DNA of 64,000 nucleotides from Octopus sinensis. Its lineage: Eukaryota. Of this stretch, positions 1 to 11,499 are shown one piece after another. The stretch covers positions 58,342,001 to 58,406,000 of the forward strand of contig NC_043007.1 in NCBI RefSeq assembly GCF_006345805.1, given 5' to 3'. A program made the position numbers and the translations under genes. Under the pieces are notes generated by a model, which saw nothing but the letters and a program-made list of their open reading frames with translations, ran no database searches and was not told where the DNA came from. How positions within the stretch are numbered: position 1 is the first letter of the stretch; every line of letters starts with the position of its first letter.

Positions 1-483
1 GTGAAAGACCAAAACAATAAAGTTTGCTTATTGATCGACATGAGCATCCCCTGTGATCATAATATCTCAGCGAAAGAGTTTGACAAGCTCAGAAAATATA
101 AAGACCTGCTCATTGAAATTGAGAAAATGTGGCATCTCAAGGCGGTTACAATACCAGTGATCGTAGGAGCACTAGGAATGATCAAGAAGGGAACCGAAAA
201 TTATATGAGATGATCCCTGGCTTACCATCCCTGCAAGAGGTGCAAAAGATTGTCTTAACTGGTACATCACACGTATTGAGAAGAGCATTGTCGATGTGAG
301 AACTGTTGCTGCTCATGTATTTTAATTTAACTTAAAAAAAAAAATAATAATAATAAAAAAATGAACGAACTACTGAGTTTGGTTTAATGGCCTACCATTG
401 TATACTATGAGTTTCTTTGCCCTAGGAGTCGGGAAGACACTCGGCAAGAAATGGAAGCAAATTTGGAAGAAGAAAAAAAAAAG
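1..483 (+). mobile_element. 3' end of R4/Dong-like RLE non-LTR retrotransposon (endonuclease C-terminus, 1-nt frameshift near 210, stop 297-299, 3'UTR)
   Basis: CLLIDMSIPCD...KEFDKLRKYKDL..EIEKMW..VIVGALG, then in the shifted frame IPGLPSLQEVQKIVLTGTSHVLRRALSM*. This is the typical C-terminus of R4-clade RLE ORFs, and an (AAT)n tract follows. Confidence 0.85.
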
Positions 484-551
484 TAATAATAATAATAATA
501 ATGATGATGACAATGATGATAATAATTATAATAATAATAATAATAATAATG

Positions 552-621
<70 letters not shown>

Positions 622-650
622 TAATAATAATAATAAGGATAATAATAATG
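484..650. repeat. (AAT)n microsatellite, tail or target of R4-like elements
   Basis: Direct reading of the sequence. Confidence 0.95.
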
Positions 651-880
651 TGGCAGCTACAAGATATGGCAGGTACGAGAGTCGAACATAATGGTTGTCC
701 CTGTCAATACCCCCCAAGTTGAAGAAACATCTGGAAACTTCAGAAATACCCTACAAGTAATTCAAAAATCGGCATTACATGGAACCGCACGCATATTGCG
801 TAAGGTACTGTCAGTCTGAGGTGCTTGTTATGACATGATAGACAGTACAAACCCTCGGGAAGCACACTTCAATCAGTATC
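649..880 (+). mobile_element. Heavily 5'-truncated R4/Dong-like LINE end, second family
   Basis: Encodes MWQL...IQKSALHGTARILRKVLSV*. Its 3'UTR (gtctgaggt.cttgt..tgac.tga.a.acagtacaaacc) matches the reverse complement of 47790-47990. Confidence 0.75.
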
Positions 881-1039
881 ATAAAGGATGGGGATAAAGA
901 AATGGAAAAGGCATGGAAATGCGATAAAAGTATACATAGTATACAAAGTATGTCATAACATGAATGAAGCAATCCTCTTGATACTGAAGAAACCGGAACT
1001 AGGGTCAATCAAGCTACAGATAACCACCAAAGGTACGGA

Positions 1040-2560
1040 CCCTCTCTCCTGCTCTCCGATCTACTGGCGAATACTTCGTTTAAGGCCATTCACTCTAACC
1101 GTATTTGCCACAGCCACCTATCTTTTCACAAATTCACTGGAATGTAGCACTTCCCTCTCCGCCTTGAAAGTTGATAAAAGCTTGGCCGAAGAGGAAGGTG
1201 TATTTCTTCAATCCTTTCAGCCTTGTCCACCACAAAACAGTTTTCTCTATAGCCACTAGACAGAGGAACACAGTTTGCCCTACCTTGTTAAAGGTGGGAG
1301 GTGGAGCGATCCTCAAGAAGGATTCGGTCGATAGTCATATTCGTCCTACATGCGATAACAGCTGTTTGACATAACTCCACAAGCCAGCAATACTTGGACA
1401 CTGCATGAGTGCATGCAAAACAGTTTCGTCGCTCTGCGCTCAATTCGGACAAAGTTATGGACCGGAAAGTATCTATAGTATCCCCTGTATTGCCGTCCCT
1501 TCTCTGTAAAGTTAATACATCACGGGTCATAGACCTGGGAATTCTCCCGTTGTGCTAGCACTTAAGATAGACGTTTGCCAAGGGGTCACCAATCAGCTCT
1601 GGTGTATAACCATGAAAACCATAGGGCAGACCAGACCATCCAAACCGGGCGATTCGTCCCTTAAGCAGCCATTCAGTACTTCTTGTATTTCAGTTGCTGT
1701 TATTGACTTTTCAAGTGTTTAGCCTCTTCTTCCTAGAGTAACGACAGGCCGGCGAGGTAGGTGCTAAAGTCCGTAATTCTCTGTGACCTGTCGCTTTCTC
1801 TCAAGAGGCGGGCAAAGTACTGCCGGAAGGCTGTACACATTTGCTTGGAACTATACAGTACGCGCCCATCCTGATCTATCAAAGACTGAATTGTGGCTTT
1901 GTTACCACATCGCGCCTCCACCATCCGAGCCCATCAGACAGATTTCGTTCCATTTTGTTTTAGTGCACGAGCTCTAGCCCTGACAACGCAGCCTTCGTAT
2001 TTCGCAATGAAGAAATAGTTGAGGGCCATCCTAGCCACTAACACGTTGGTACTTCTCGTTTACTAACTAGATCTTCCACTAATCTATTTCTCTTTATCAC
2101 TTGCTCTTTGCTGATTGATATTTAACTCATATTTAATTGCCTTTTTCAGGGTTTCCCCACCACCCGTTATTGACTATTGCCCGCGTCAGATGTCTCTTAA
2201 CAAGCTGGCTAAGTCTTTTCGCACCGGGAAAGGCGTGTTATATTTCCAGCAACCGGGTCCCTGCCTATGAGTCCTATCCAATACGACTGAGAAAATCACA
2301 AATTTGTGATCTGTGTAGCCGACCAGTTTGAACTGTGGACACCTAAACATACCTTTGCCAGTCAGACTAACTAATACACTAAGCATGATTTGGAAGGCCC
2401 TTCGTTGTTGCTCCAAGTCCACATCAGCACATTTAGGAGATCCAGTCGGTACCCGTCAGACAGCTGAAAACGTCTCAGAATGTTTTTGAAGCTTTTGTGT
2501 CCCCTGTATGAGTTAAACCGACACAATCCGATCATGCGTCCAAAATACCATTCCAATCCC
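1040..2560 (-). mobile_element. Decayed Tx1/L1 ORF2 copy with about 1.5 kb of the RT core deleted
   Basis: Fragments homologous to 8004-11454: endonuclease end (RRFQLSDGYR, GPGCWKYN), NKATIQSLID, SPGLDGL, FRSITL joined near 1445 directly to QSDETVLHALMQC, then IAPPPTF and WWTRLKGL. Confidence 0.85.
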
Positions 2561-3059
2561 CTGCTAGAACTAAAGAGCTGGAGGAAGGTGGATAGAGGGG
2601 AGGAGGGTGGGAGGAGGAGGAGAAAGATAGAAAAAGAGGAGCAAGTAGGTGGACGAAGAGGTAAAAAAGAAAATGAAAAATAGAAAGCACTATAGAGCCT
2701 AAGCCAACTACAAACACCACAACGACGACCATTACAACAGTAGCAGCAACAATAATTACAACGACAATCATTACAACAGCAACAACAATAAGAACGACCT
2801 CAACAATAAAGCTCACAATAGTAACAACAACAAGCAGCAGGCGAGAGGCTTCCTGTGCTTACAACGATGTCTTCAGTGAAAACTCTACTGTTTTTGCTTA
2901 ATGTGTCTACAAGAAGTTCAGGATTCAATTAATGGACACAGGAAACTCTTCACATTGCAGACACAGAATTTACATTGGGAATATACTCCAACCGCTGTTG
3001 CAGTAACGGAACCGCAAATACACAAATATATACGGACACATAGACTCATACATGTGTAT

Positions 3060-3214
3060 GTATGAATGGGTGTTTGTTTGTGTGTGTGTATCTGTCTGAT
3101 TGTCTGTGACTGTGTGTGTGTATGTGTGTAAAGCGTATTTTCCTTTTTTCTACATCATAAATGCTACATATATTTCTAATACATATATTTTTTTCTACTA
3201 TACATATATACACA

Positions 3215-3258
<44 letters not shown>

Positions 3259-3410
3259 CACACATACAAGCGCTTTATTATAATTACTCTCAAGCATATA
3301 TACACCAACAATCAGTGATGCACACATTCACACGTGTATATATATTTGTAGTTTCATTGTATATTTATATTTATTTAGCCGTATACATTTAAGATAATCG
3401 TGTGTGTTTG

Positions 3411-3452
<42 letters not shown>

Positions 3453-3585
3453 CGTATGTGTGTGTTTGTATGTACGTATGCATGTATACACGCACACACA
3501 CACAAATTTGTGTATATACGCACAGATATATAGTTACATACGTACATACATACATACACACACACATACATACATACACACACAC

Positions 3586-3676
<91 letters not shown>

Positions 3677-3710
3677 GTATGTATATATATATATATGCAC
3701 ACACACATAA
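3060..3710. repeat. Compound (TG)/(CA)/(TA)/(TATG) microsatellites
   Basis: Direct reading; overlapping ORFs are repeat artefacts. Confidence 0.95.
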
Positions 3711-4799
3711 ACGTCACTAAGAGTGTTAGAATACCTACATTGCTAGAAATAAGTGCTAAAGATCTCTAATGTTGTAGTTAAAGCACATAATTGCATACAT
3801 GTATGCTGAAGAGGTCTGTAATCGCCCAAAACACCGATCGGGAATTCCTTATACTAACAGATCAGACTCGGCTATTCCGTCGCGTCATCAGCAAGGACCG
3901 CTCGCTCGGCTGGTTCTGGCATTAATCCTCTTTCGGCATATATGTATTCACCATAAAAATTTATGGACGATTTAACAAAGCACTAAAGTTTATACAAAAA
4001 TTAATATAAATAATGATGCGCAATGTCTTACCATAAAAGAAATCTATAAATGTCGCTAAATGTGATTATGGATGTTAGAACACCTACATTGCTAGAAATA
4101 AGAGCTAAAATGCTCTAATCCAAGTCGGTGCACATTGTTAAATGTGCATCTTGATGTTAATTATCGGTGCAACTTCATCAGGGTATACATTGACATCCAC
4201 AAACCAAAAAATGACTTAATACATTTGGAAAGATAAGAATACTATTCTACATAAATGAAATGGTAAACTACAATATGAATTAAGAATCCTACGAAAATTC
4301 TTGAGCATTGACCTAATTTAAGACAGAAGGTAGCAATAAATTCCGAAGTGTCCAGGGTAACATAAAGTTCACGAAATATGTGACTATTTTTAGTAACGCT
4401 AACACCAAATTGCAGAATAAGTTTGGTCAAGCTTGTACGCTCTTCAAATGATATCCGACCAACAGTTAATATAGACCCTAATAATGACACCGATAATTAA
4501 CATCAAGATTCACATTTAACAGTGTGCATCGGCTTGTAGCAGAAAAACGTGCGTAGGTCTTGACAAAGAAATATGTGATTAATAACTAAGATAAAACTTG
4601 GATGTGCAAATCTCTGTTCTCCTGATTTTAATTTCATTATTTTTCTCCACAGACACTATGCTATACTTAGAAGGACATTTGGATTTACCATGTGATGATT
4701 AACCGAGTATACTAAATTTTAACTAACTGGAGTTTATCTATATGCACTGTGATTAGCCAGCATTGATAACCGATAAGAGCGAATACGTTATCCGCAAGG

Positions 4800-4800
<1 letters not shown>
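3707..4800 (+). mobile_element. Probable decayed Penelope-like fragment with a 349-bp-spaced direct repeat
   Basis: Direct repeat tgttagaa.acctacattgctagaaataag.gctaaa at 3724 and 4073. Degenerate peptides NGKL..NPTKILEH..QKVAINSEVSR and IYMHC resemble the Penelope RT thumb and GIY-YIG start. Confidence 0.4.
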
Positions 4801-4887
<87 letters not shown>

Positions 4888-4974
4888 ATATAGTGTAATA
4901 AATAAAATATATGCATACATACATACATATATGTACGTATCTACATCTACATGTATATATACATGCATATATAA

Positions 4975-5400
4975 ATATATATACGTGAGTGCAGGACACC
5001 ACAAATAGACGTAGAACTCAACGAGAAACGAAAACGTAAAAACAAACGTGGAAACGGACCTAAACGAAAAAAAAAACAGAGTACAAGACAAACTACACAA
5101 GGAAAAATCCCCTTCATCAGCTGTCCCTAGTTCAACTCCAGCGTGTTTCGAAGGTGAGGACAGAACACGACTCGTGGAACCAGTCCTTCCTGCGAAGGAA
5201 TTAAATAAAATTACTTCGCAGAGGGGTAAAAACAAGGAAAGTTAAACATGTGACAAAAAAACGATACAAATAAAATTACAAAATAAAACACAAAATAAAA
5301 ATACAAAAAATTAAAATACAGAATAAAATTACAAGTACGAAAAATACAGTACAAGAAATAAAACAAACAAAAAACAGACAATGAGGGCCTTAATGCTGGC
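4975..5400 (-). mobile_element. Non-coding repeat (putative Penelope pLTR type) carrying a permuted hammerhead
   Basis: Architecture is T-rich tract, hairpin (ctgcgaag...cttcgcag), HHR motifs, pyrimidine tract, then tatatgcatgtatatatac. The same layout occurs at 35870-36810. Confidence 0.5.
5109..5169 (-). ncRNA. Candidate non-circularly permuted hammerhead ribozyme
   Basis: CGTG-U-U-CUGUCC / CCUUC-GAAA-CACG / GGACAG-CUGAUGA-AGGGG. Stem I is 6 bp perfect, stem III 5 bp perfect, stem II weak (G-U rich). Confidence 0.6.
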
Positions 5401-6141
5401 CTACACGAGGAAAGATTCTAAGAGCGATATATACATACATATCGACCAGATTATAAATCTGTATATATAGGCACAGGCGTATCTCCCGGGCCTACCAAAG
5501 CCTTGTGGACGGATTTGGTAAGCAGAGACTACTTGAAAGCCTGATGCGCGCGTGTGTGTGTGTGTGTGTGTGTGTGAGTGTGTGTGTGTGTGTGTGTTTG
5601 AGTGTGTGTGTGTGTGTGTATGTGTGTGTGTGTGTGTGAGTGTGTGTGTGTATGTGTGTGTGAGTGTGTGTGTGTGTGTAGGCAAATGGATAAGTAAGTA
5701 AACAGATAAACAGATAGGTTCGTAGGTAATACGGACAGGCAAGTACACACACATACATACACAAATGAAACTGAAAGTAATATACAAACTTGACCACTTC
5801 ACAAAGTATATTGAGAAGTTAGCTGTCCTCCTTGCCACCTCCCTTGGTCCACTCTCTAGACTCATTCTTATTTTTCAAGCATCCAAAATAGCGAGACCCC
5901 TTTGTCACAAAATTTGATTACTTCACAATATCCCTTGAAAAGCTAATTCAAATAATGTTGGCTATTACTACATCCATAAAATATCCATATAATTAAAAAA
6001 ACATTTCTTTATAAAAAAGATATTAAACTATGTGAAACGAAGGCATTTCTCTTCCACTTTTTATACGTTTTCCACATATTTTCAACTAATAATTTTTCCG
6101 CATGGTGTATACTGAATCTCCAGTATTTTTGCTCATATATA

Positions 6142-6212
<71 letters not shown>

Positions 6213-6337
6213 TATCTTTGAATATCCTTGTTATTTATTTTGATTATAATCACCCCATTTGATTTATATGGATAATACCATACCAAATTCTGGTGCCTTT
6301 AACTTAATATTCATCTGAATCTAAATTCTTGCTGAAC

Positions 6338-6375
<38 letters not shown>

Positions 6376-6389
6376 ATATATATATATAT

Positions 6390-6632
6390 CATCGTGATCA
6401 CCGTGACCGATCAGGCTATCAGATGTGGCTAAGCGAGCGGGCCAACAGAAGAAAGAGTGAGAGAAAGTTGTGGCGAAAGAGTACAGCAGACATCGCCACT
6501 ACGCCCTGCCGGAGCCGCGTGGAGGTTTTAGGTGTTTTCGCTCAATAAACACTCACAACGCCCCCCCCCCCCCGGTCTGGGAATCGAAACCGCGAGTCCA
6601 CTGCCTTAACCACTGGGTCATTGCGCCTCCAC
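6390..6632 (-). mobile_element. tRNA-derived SINE, family C (GGAGGCGCAATG head), tail variant Q
   Basis: Head matches 38116-38270 with box B GGTTTCGATTCC; tail matches 41204-41330. Confidence 0.85.
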
Positions 6633-7055
6633 ACATATATATATGTCCAAAGTTGTCGACTACACGTATTTCATGAGGTTGTATGCTAGTTTATTGAGAT
6701 ATCCAGTCTCTTACAGAACCTCTCCTTATATACAACCCCAATCTTCGGGTCCACCTATCACCCATTTATAATTTTATCTATCATTATATATTTCAACTTA
6801 CAGGCATATCAAACTATACAGATGTATAAATAAATTCCTGGTGTGTCAAAACATGTAGATGTGTAAATAAATTCATTGATCCCTGCAGTTTAAGCCATAA
6901 TTAATTTAAGAATTAAATGTGAATTACGCCTAAAAACATATATATAAATGAAAACTATATACGAATGCGGAAAAAATATATACTAATGAGAAGAAAATAT
7001 AAAATTATAAGAATGAAAAAAATAAAAAAGATATATATATCGAAATGAAGAGGAT

Positions 7056-7107
<52 letters not shown>

Positions 7108-7123
7108 CATGTATGTATATTCC

Positions 7124-7302
7124 TAATAATGGTTTCAAACTTTGGCACATGGCCGGCAATTTCGGAGTGGTGGTAAGTCGGTTAAATCGACCCCAGGGTT
7201 CAACTGGTACTTATTTTAGCCCGACTTTGACATAAAAGAGAAAGTCGACCTCAGCAGAATTTGAACACAGTATGTAAAGACGGAAGATATACCGCTAAGC
7301 AT
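7124..7302 (-). mobile_element. SINE family B (gtcgacttt..ggggtcgat core), tail Y
   Basis: Homology to 15971-16170 and 17040-17230. Confidence 0.8.
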
Positions 7303-7484
7303 AAAGTACGTCATTTTTCATAAGTACAACATCACTTCGACAAAAACAATAGCACAAACAGTATCATAACCATCAACCACAGCCACCACAAGCCCCACAA
7401 CCACGACAGCCACAATCTCCATCAATCATTAACAACAACCATCATTAATCTATACTCATTATCCAAACTGTTTCCATTTACGCT

Positions 7485-7485
7485 C

Positions 7486-7547
<62 letters not shown>

Positions 7548-7559
7548 GAGCCAGATAAG

Positions 7560-7612
<53 letters not shown>
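7485..7612. repeat. (GATA)n, equal to an (ATCT)n tail on the LINE strand
   Basis: On the minus strand it directly follows ...GGCTAATAAAGAAACAT. Confidence 0.95.
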
Positions 7613-7613
<1 letters not shown>

Positions 7614-8003
7614 TGTTTCTTTATTAGCCACACAGGGCTGTACACAGACAGAACAAATTACAAGGTAGAGCTTTTCTTTTGAAGGTAAAAAAAGGGGGGG
7701 GGGGTTCGATCAAAAGGGATCGTAAAAGGAAAGAAAGAGGACAAAAAGGGGATGATTTTAAAAAAAGGGGGCAGAGGGAAAAAAAATGAAATGGGGAGAG
7801 GAAAAAAAATTGGTCAATAGGGATCGTAATCACAGAAATGTCAATATGAAGTGTAAAGGGGAGGACAGGTGAGGTTTACCCGTGGAAAGAAAAGCCTACG
7901 GAAAAGACCACGGTAACCTCGGTCAATGAAGTCACATGTTATATTTCTTTCTTTTATTTTTTTTTTTTGCAAATAAGCAACTCTCTGTATTAATTTTTAC
8001 GGT

Positions 8004-11000
8004 TCATAGAATCATAGTCAAGGTGGCTTCGTCATTCATACGTGCCATCCTTGCTACATTCACCCATCTTTTTTTAAAACATTCACTAGACAAAACTTGC
8101 CTCTCTACTCTCACTTTCCTTTTCAAGTGATACTTGAAGAAGTTGATGAGAGATTGACCAGAGAGGAAAGTGTTTGTCTCTAATCCTTTCAGACGCGTCC
8201 ACCAGATACATTCTTTCGCCATAGCCACAAGTATGATAAAAATAGCTCTTCCTTCCCGTTTGAAGGAAGGAGGCGTGACGATATTAACGATAGACTCGGC
8301 TGATAAACCGACACGTCCCACACGTGACAGCAGTCGTTCGACATAAGCCCACAGGTCTGAGATTGTTGGACACTGCACGATTGCGTGCAGAACGGTTTCG
8401 TCGCTCTGACCGCATCTCGGGCAGGTCGGCCCCGTGTTTCTCGAGCCATGCCTATAGAGCTTATCCCGAACGGGTAGCGCTTCTCGGTAGCACTGCCAGG
8501 CTAGGGATCTCTGGAGGTTATCCATAGGTCCCGGCCCGAAAGTCATCTCAAACAGGCGAGTCAGGTATTCCTCGTCGACGCCCAGGTTCGCCCCGAGATC
8601 GTTGTCGTACCTCCCCTCCACTAATTCCCTATAGAATGCTTTGGTTGTGCTGAAGTCACTCAACGTCGATCCGGAACTGCATAGTTGATTGAGAGCAACG
8701 CGACACTCGCGGTGCCATTCACCCTTCCTCGGCCTTTTTTTGATCCACGACTGCAGTTCGGTCATGGAGACGAGCTGCGGGAACGCGTGCCTCACAAACG
8801 GCGACCACACCTGATCACCGTCGTCTACATAGTGCTGGAGATGTCGCAGTCTCAGCGCGTGTCTGCGCATCGTCAACCACGGCATGCCCATCCCTCCTTT
8901 TAACTGGTGTTGACAGCAAATGGTTCGCCTGACCATCGTGACGCATCCTTTCCACAAGAAGCGGAAGAGAATGCGTTCTAGTTTGGTGATGGTAGGGTCG
9001 GGGCAAGGTACGACGGTCAGGCGGTAGTAGATGATGGACGCGATGTACGTGTTCGTCACCTCCGCCCGACCTTTTAGGGACAGTTTCCTTTCGGCCCATT
9101 GCCGGGCGAGAGTGATCACCCTACTCGTTATCTCGTTCCAGTTCTTCTCCATTTGGAGGTCCGGACTGAACCAGACCCCGAGCAACTCGACCGGGCCGTC
9201 GGTCCAGCGTCCCACGACGGAGGCGCTGGTGGACGGCATGGGCTTGCTTCTCCAGGTGCCGAGCCGCAAGCCCACTCACTTTTCCCGGTTGATTTTCGCT
9301 CCAGTCACCGCTTCGTAGTCTTTCAGTGTCTCGCCGACCAGCTCGATTTGCTCGTGGCTTGACACTATGACGGTGACGTCGTCCGCGTATGCAGACGCGC
9401 TCATCCTGCATCCCAGTTCTCGCGGGATGCCCCTCAGAGTCGCCAGTTTCCGCAGTAGTGGCTCGAGAGTCAATATGTATAGAAGCGACGAGAGGGGGCA
9501 TCCCTGACGGACCGAACGTGCAATGTCGAAAGGTCTCGATAGATGTCCATTTACGCGAATTACCGAACGGATACCTCTGTACAAAGCAGTTATTCAGCCG
9601 CGGAAGACGGGACCAAAACCAGCCGCTCTCAGGACTGCCTCCAAGTATCGATGGTCTACCCTATCGAAAGCTTTCGATTGATCCAAGTTGATCAGGGCCC
9701 CACCCATGCCATGTTCCTTAACTACTATGTCTATGATGTAGAGCATCAGATGGAGGTTGTCATGGATGCTCCAGCCCGGCACGGCGCACGTTTGCGCCCT
9801 GTCGACCAGTTTCTCGATGACAAGTGCCAACCTCTTGGCTAACACCTTGGTCAAAATTTTCAGGTCTGCATTGAGTAGAGTGATGGGCCTAAAGTTATTT
9901 ATAATGTTCCCCTTGTTTGGATCTTTCTTCAGTAGCGTTACGGCTCCTCGACTCACAAAACAGGGCATGCTTCCGTTTTGCTGTCAGTTGCAGCATACCG
10001 CTGGCAAGACGTCTCCAAACAAGTCTGGCATACAATTGTAAAACTCGTAAGGAAGACCATCCAAACCCGGCGATTTGTCTCTCGAGCATTCTGACATTGC
10101 GTCCCGCACATCCGCCGCCGTGATGGCACCTTCACAGCACTTTGCCCTCCTGCCGAGAGTCGTGGCAGGCTGTGCAGGTAGGCACTGAAGTCCACCCTGC
10201 GTTCACGCTCGCCACTCGTCCCGTACAGTCGGGCAAAGTGCCGCTGAAATGCCTCGCACACCTGCTGGGCTCGAGCAATTCGCGCCCTTGTTCGTCTACC
10301 AGAGACCGAATGGTGGCTTTGTTGACCTGATGCGCCTCCGGCACCCGGACCTCTGTCACGGCTCCAACACCTTTCATCCTTAGAGCACGCATCCTAGCCT
10401 TGACAGAACACCCTTCGTATTTGGCGTTGAAGTGTTGGTCGAGCGCCAACCTCGCCGCCAAAACGTCGGCGTGATGCCGCTTCTTATTGCCTCTTCTAAC
10501 TTCTTAACTAACTCACCCTCTATCTACGGCTAGTGCCTTGCTATATCTATTTCTATCTACGGCTAGTGCCTTGCTATATCTAATTGCTTCCGCTTTTACT
10601 GCTGTCTTGAGGGCGAACCACCATTTGTTGACGATGGCTCCCGTTAAAGCCCTCTTTACTAACGTGCTGATTCTGTCTCTGAAAATATGTCTGGACGGGA
10701 AAGATGCGTTTAGTTTCCAGTAACCGGGACCCCGTCTATGTTCCTTATCTAAGTCTAGCGTACACGTCACGAATTTGTGATCCGTCTAGCTGACAGTGTG
10801 GAATTGTGGACATCCTAAATTATCTCTGTCTACTGTCCTACACAGTATCCTATCTAGATACGATCTCGACGTCCCACTGCGGTTGCTCCATGTCCACTTT
10901 GGTGCATTTGGGTGGTCGACGGTACCTGTCAGACAGTTTGAATCGTCTGAGCAGGTCCCTGAGGCATTTGCATCCCCTTCTGTTTTTATCTCTCCCCACA

Positions 11001-11454
11001 TAGTCTAGATGCGTGTCCAAGGTAGCATTCCAACCTCCCACTAAAAGTAAAGGACGAGACGTTCCCAGGAATACTTTTAGACGTCGAAAGAAATCTGGCC
11101 GACCTGTTAAAGGCGGTGCGTAGACTGATATGAGTCGAAAAGCGCACCCATTGATACCGTCGACATCCAGGACGACCAGTCTACCCTCCGGTACTACGAA
11201 TATCGTCTTGACTTCGAGATCGAGGCTCTTGTGAAAATGTACCGCGGTGCCACTACCGCCCATCCTCGGCAGACGGAGAAAAATAAATGTTAAACTGTCC
11301 GCCAAACATGGACTTTAGGTCCCGTGGCTCGTGGAGTCTGGTCTCACTTATGGCTATGATTCCCAAATCGTGTGACTTGATGTCATTTAGGAGGTACCCT
11401 TGTTTCCAGGGAGAACCCCAAGCCATGCGCATTCACACAACCAATCTTGACCAT
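8004..11454 (-). pseudogene. ORF2 (APE endonuclease, reverse transcriptase, CCHC) with several frameshifts and stops
   Basis: MVKIGCVNAHGL; RLISVYAP; GGWNATLD; GYWKLN; PGLDGLPYEFY; NFRPITLLNADLKI; LDQSKAFDRV; VRQGCPLS; AYADD; GAKINREKS; CPRCGQSDETVLHAIVQC. Confidence 0.95.
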
Positions 11455-11499
11455 GATCCTATTGTGGTGTGTGCTTTAAAACACAAAAAGGAAGGTACA

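Noticed and set aside
398-722. Poly-Asn, poly-Ile and poly-Leu ORFs (and all similar YI, HT, CV, YVCM ORFs in the track)
   Set aside because: They are translations of (AAT)n, (TA)n, (CA)n and (TATG)n microsatellites, not genes.
2560-3010. Thr-rich plus-strand stretch as an inverted ORF1 (twin-priming inversion) of the adjacent Tx1 copy
   Set aside because: The similarity is only compositional; I found no diagnostic ORF1 motif.
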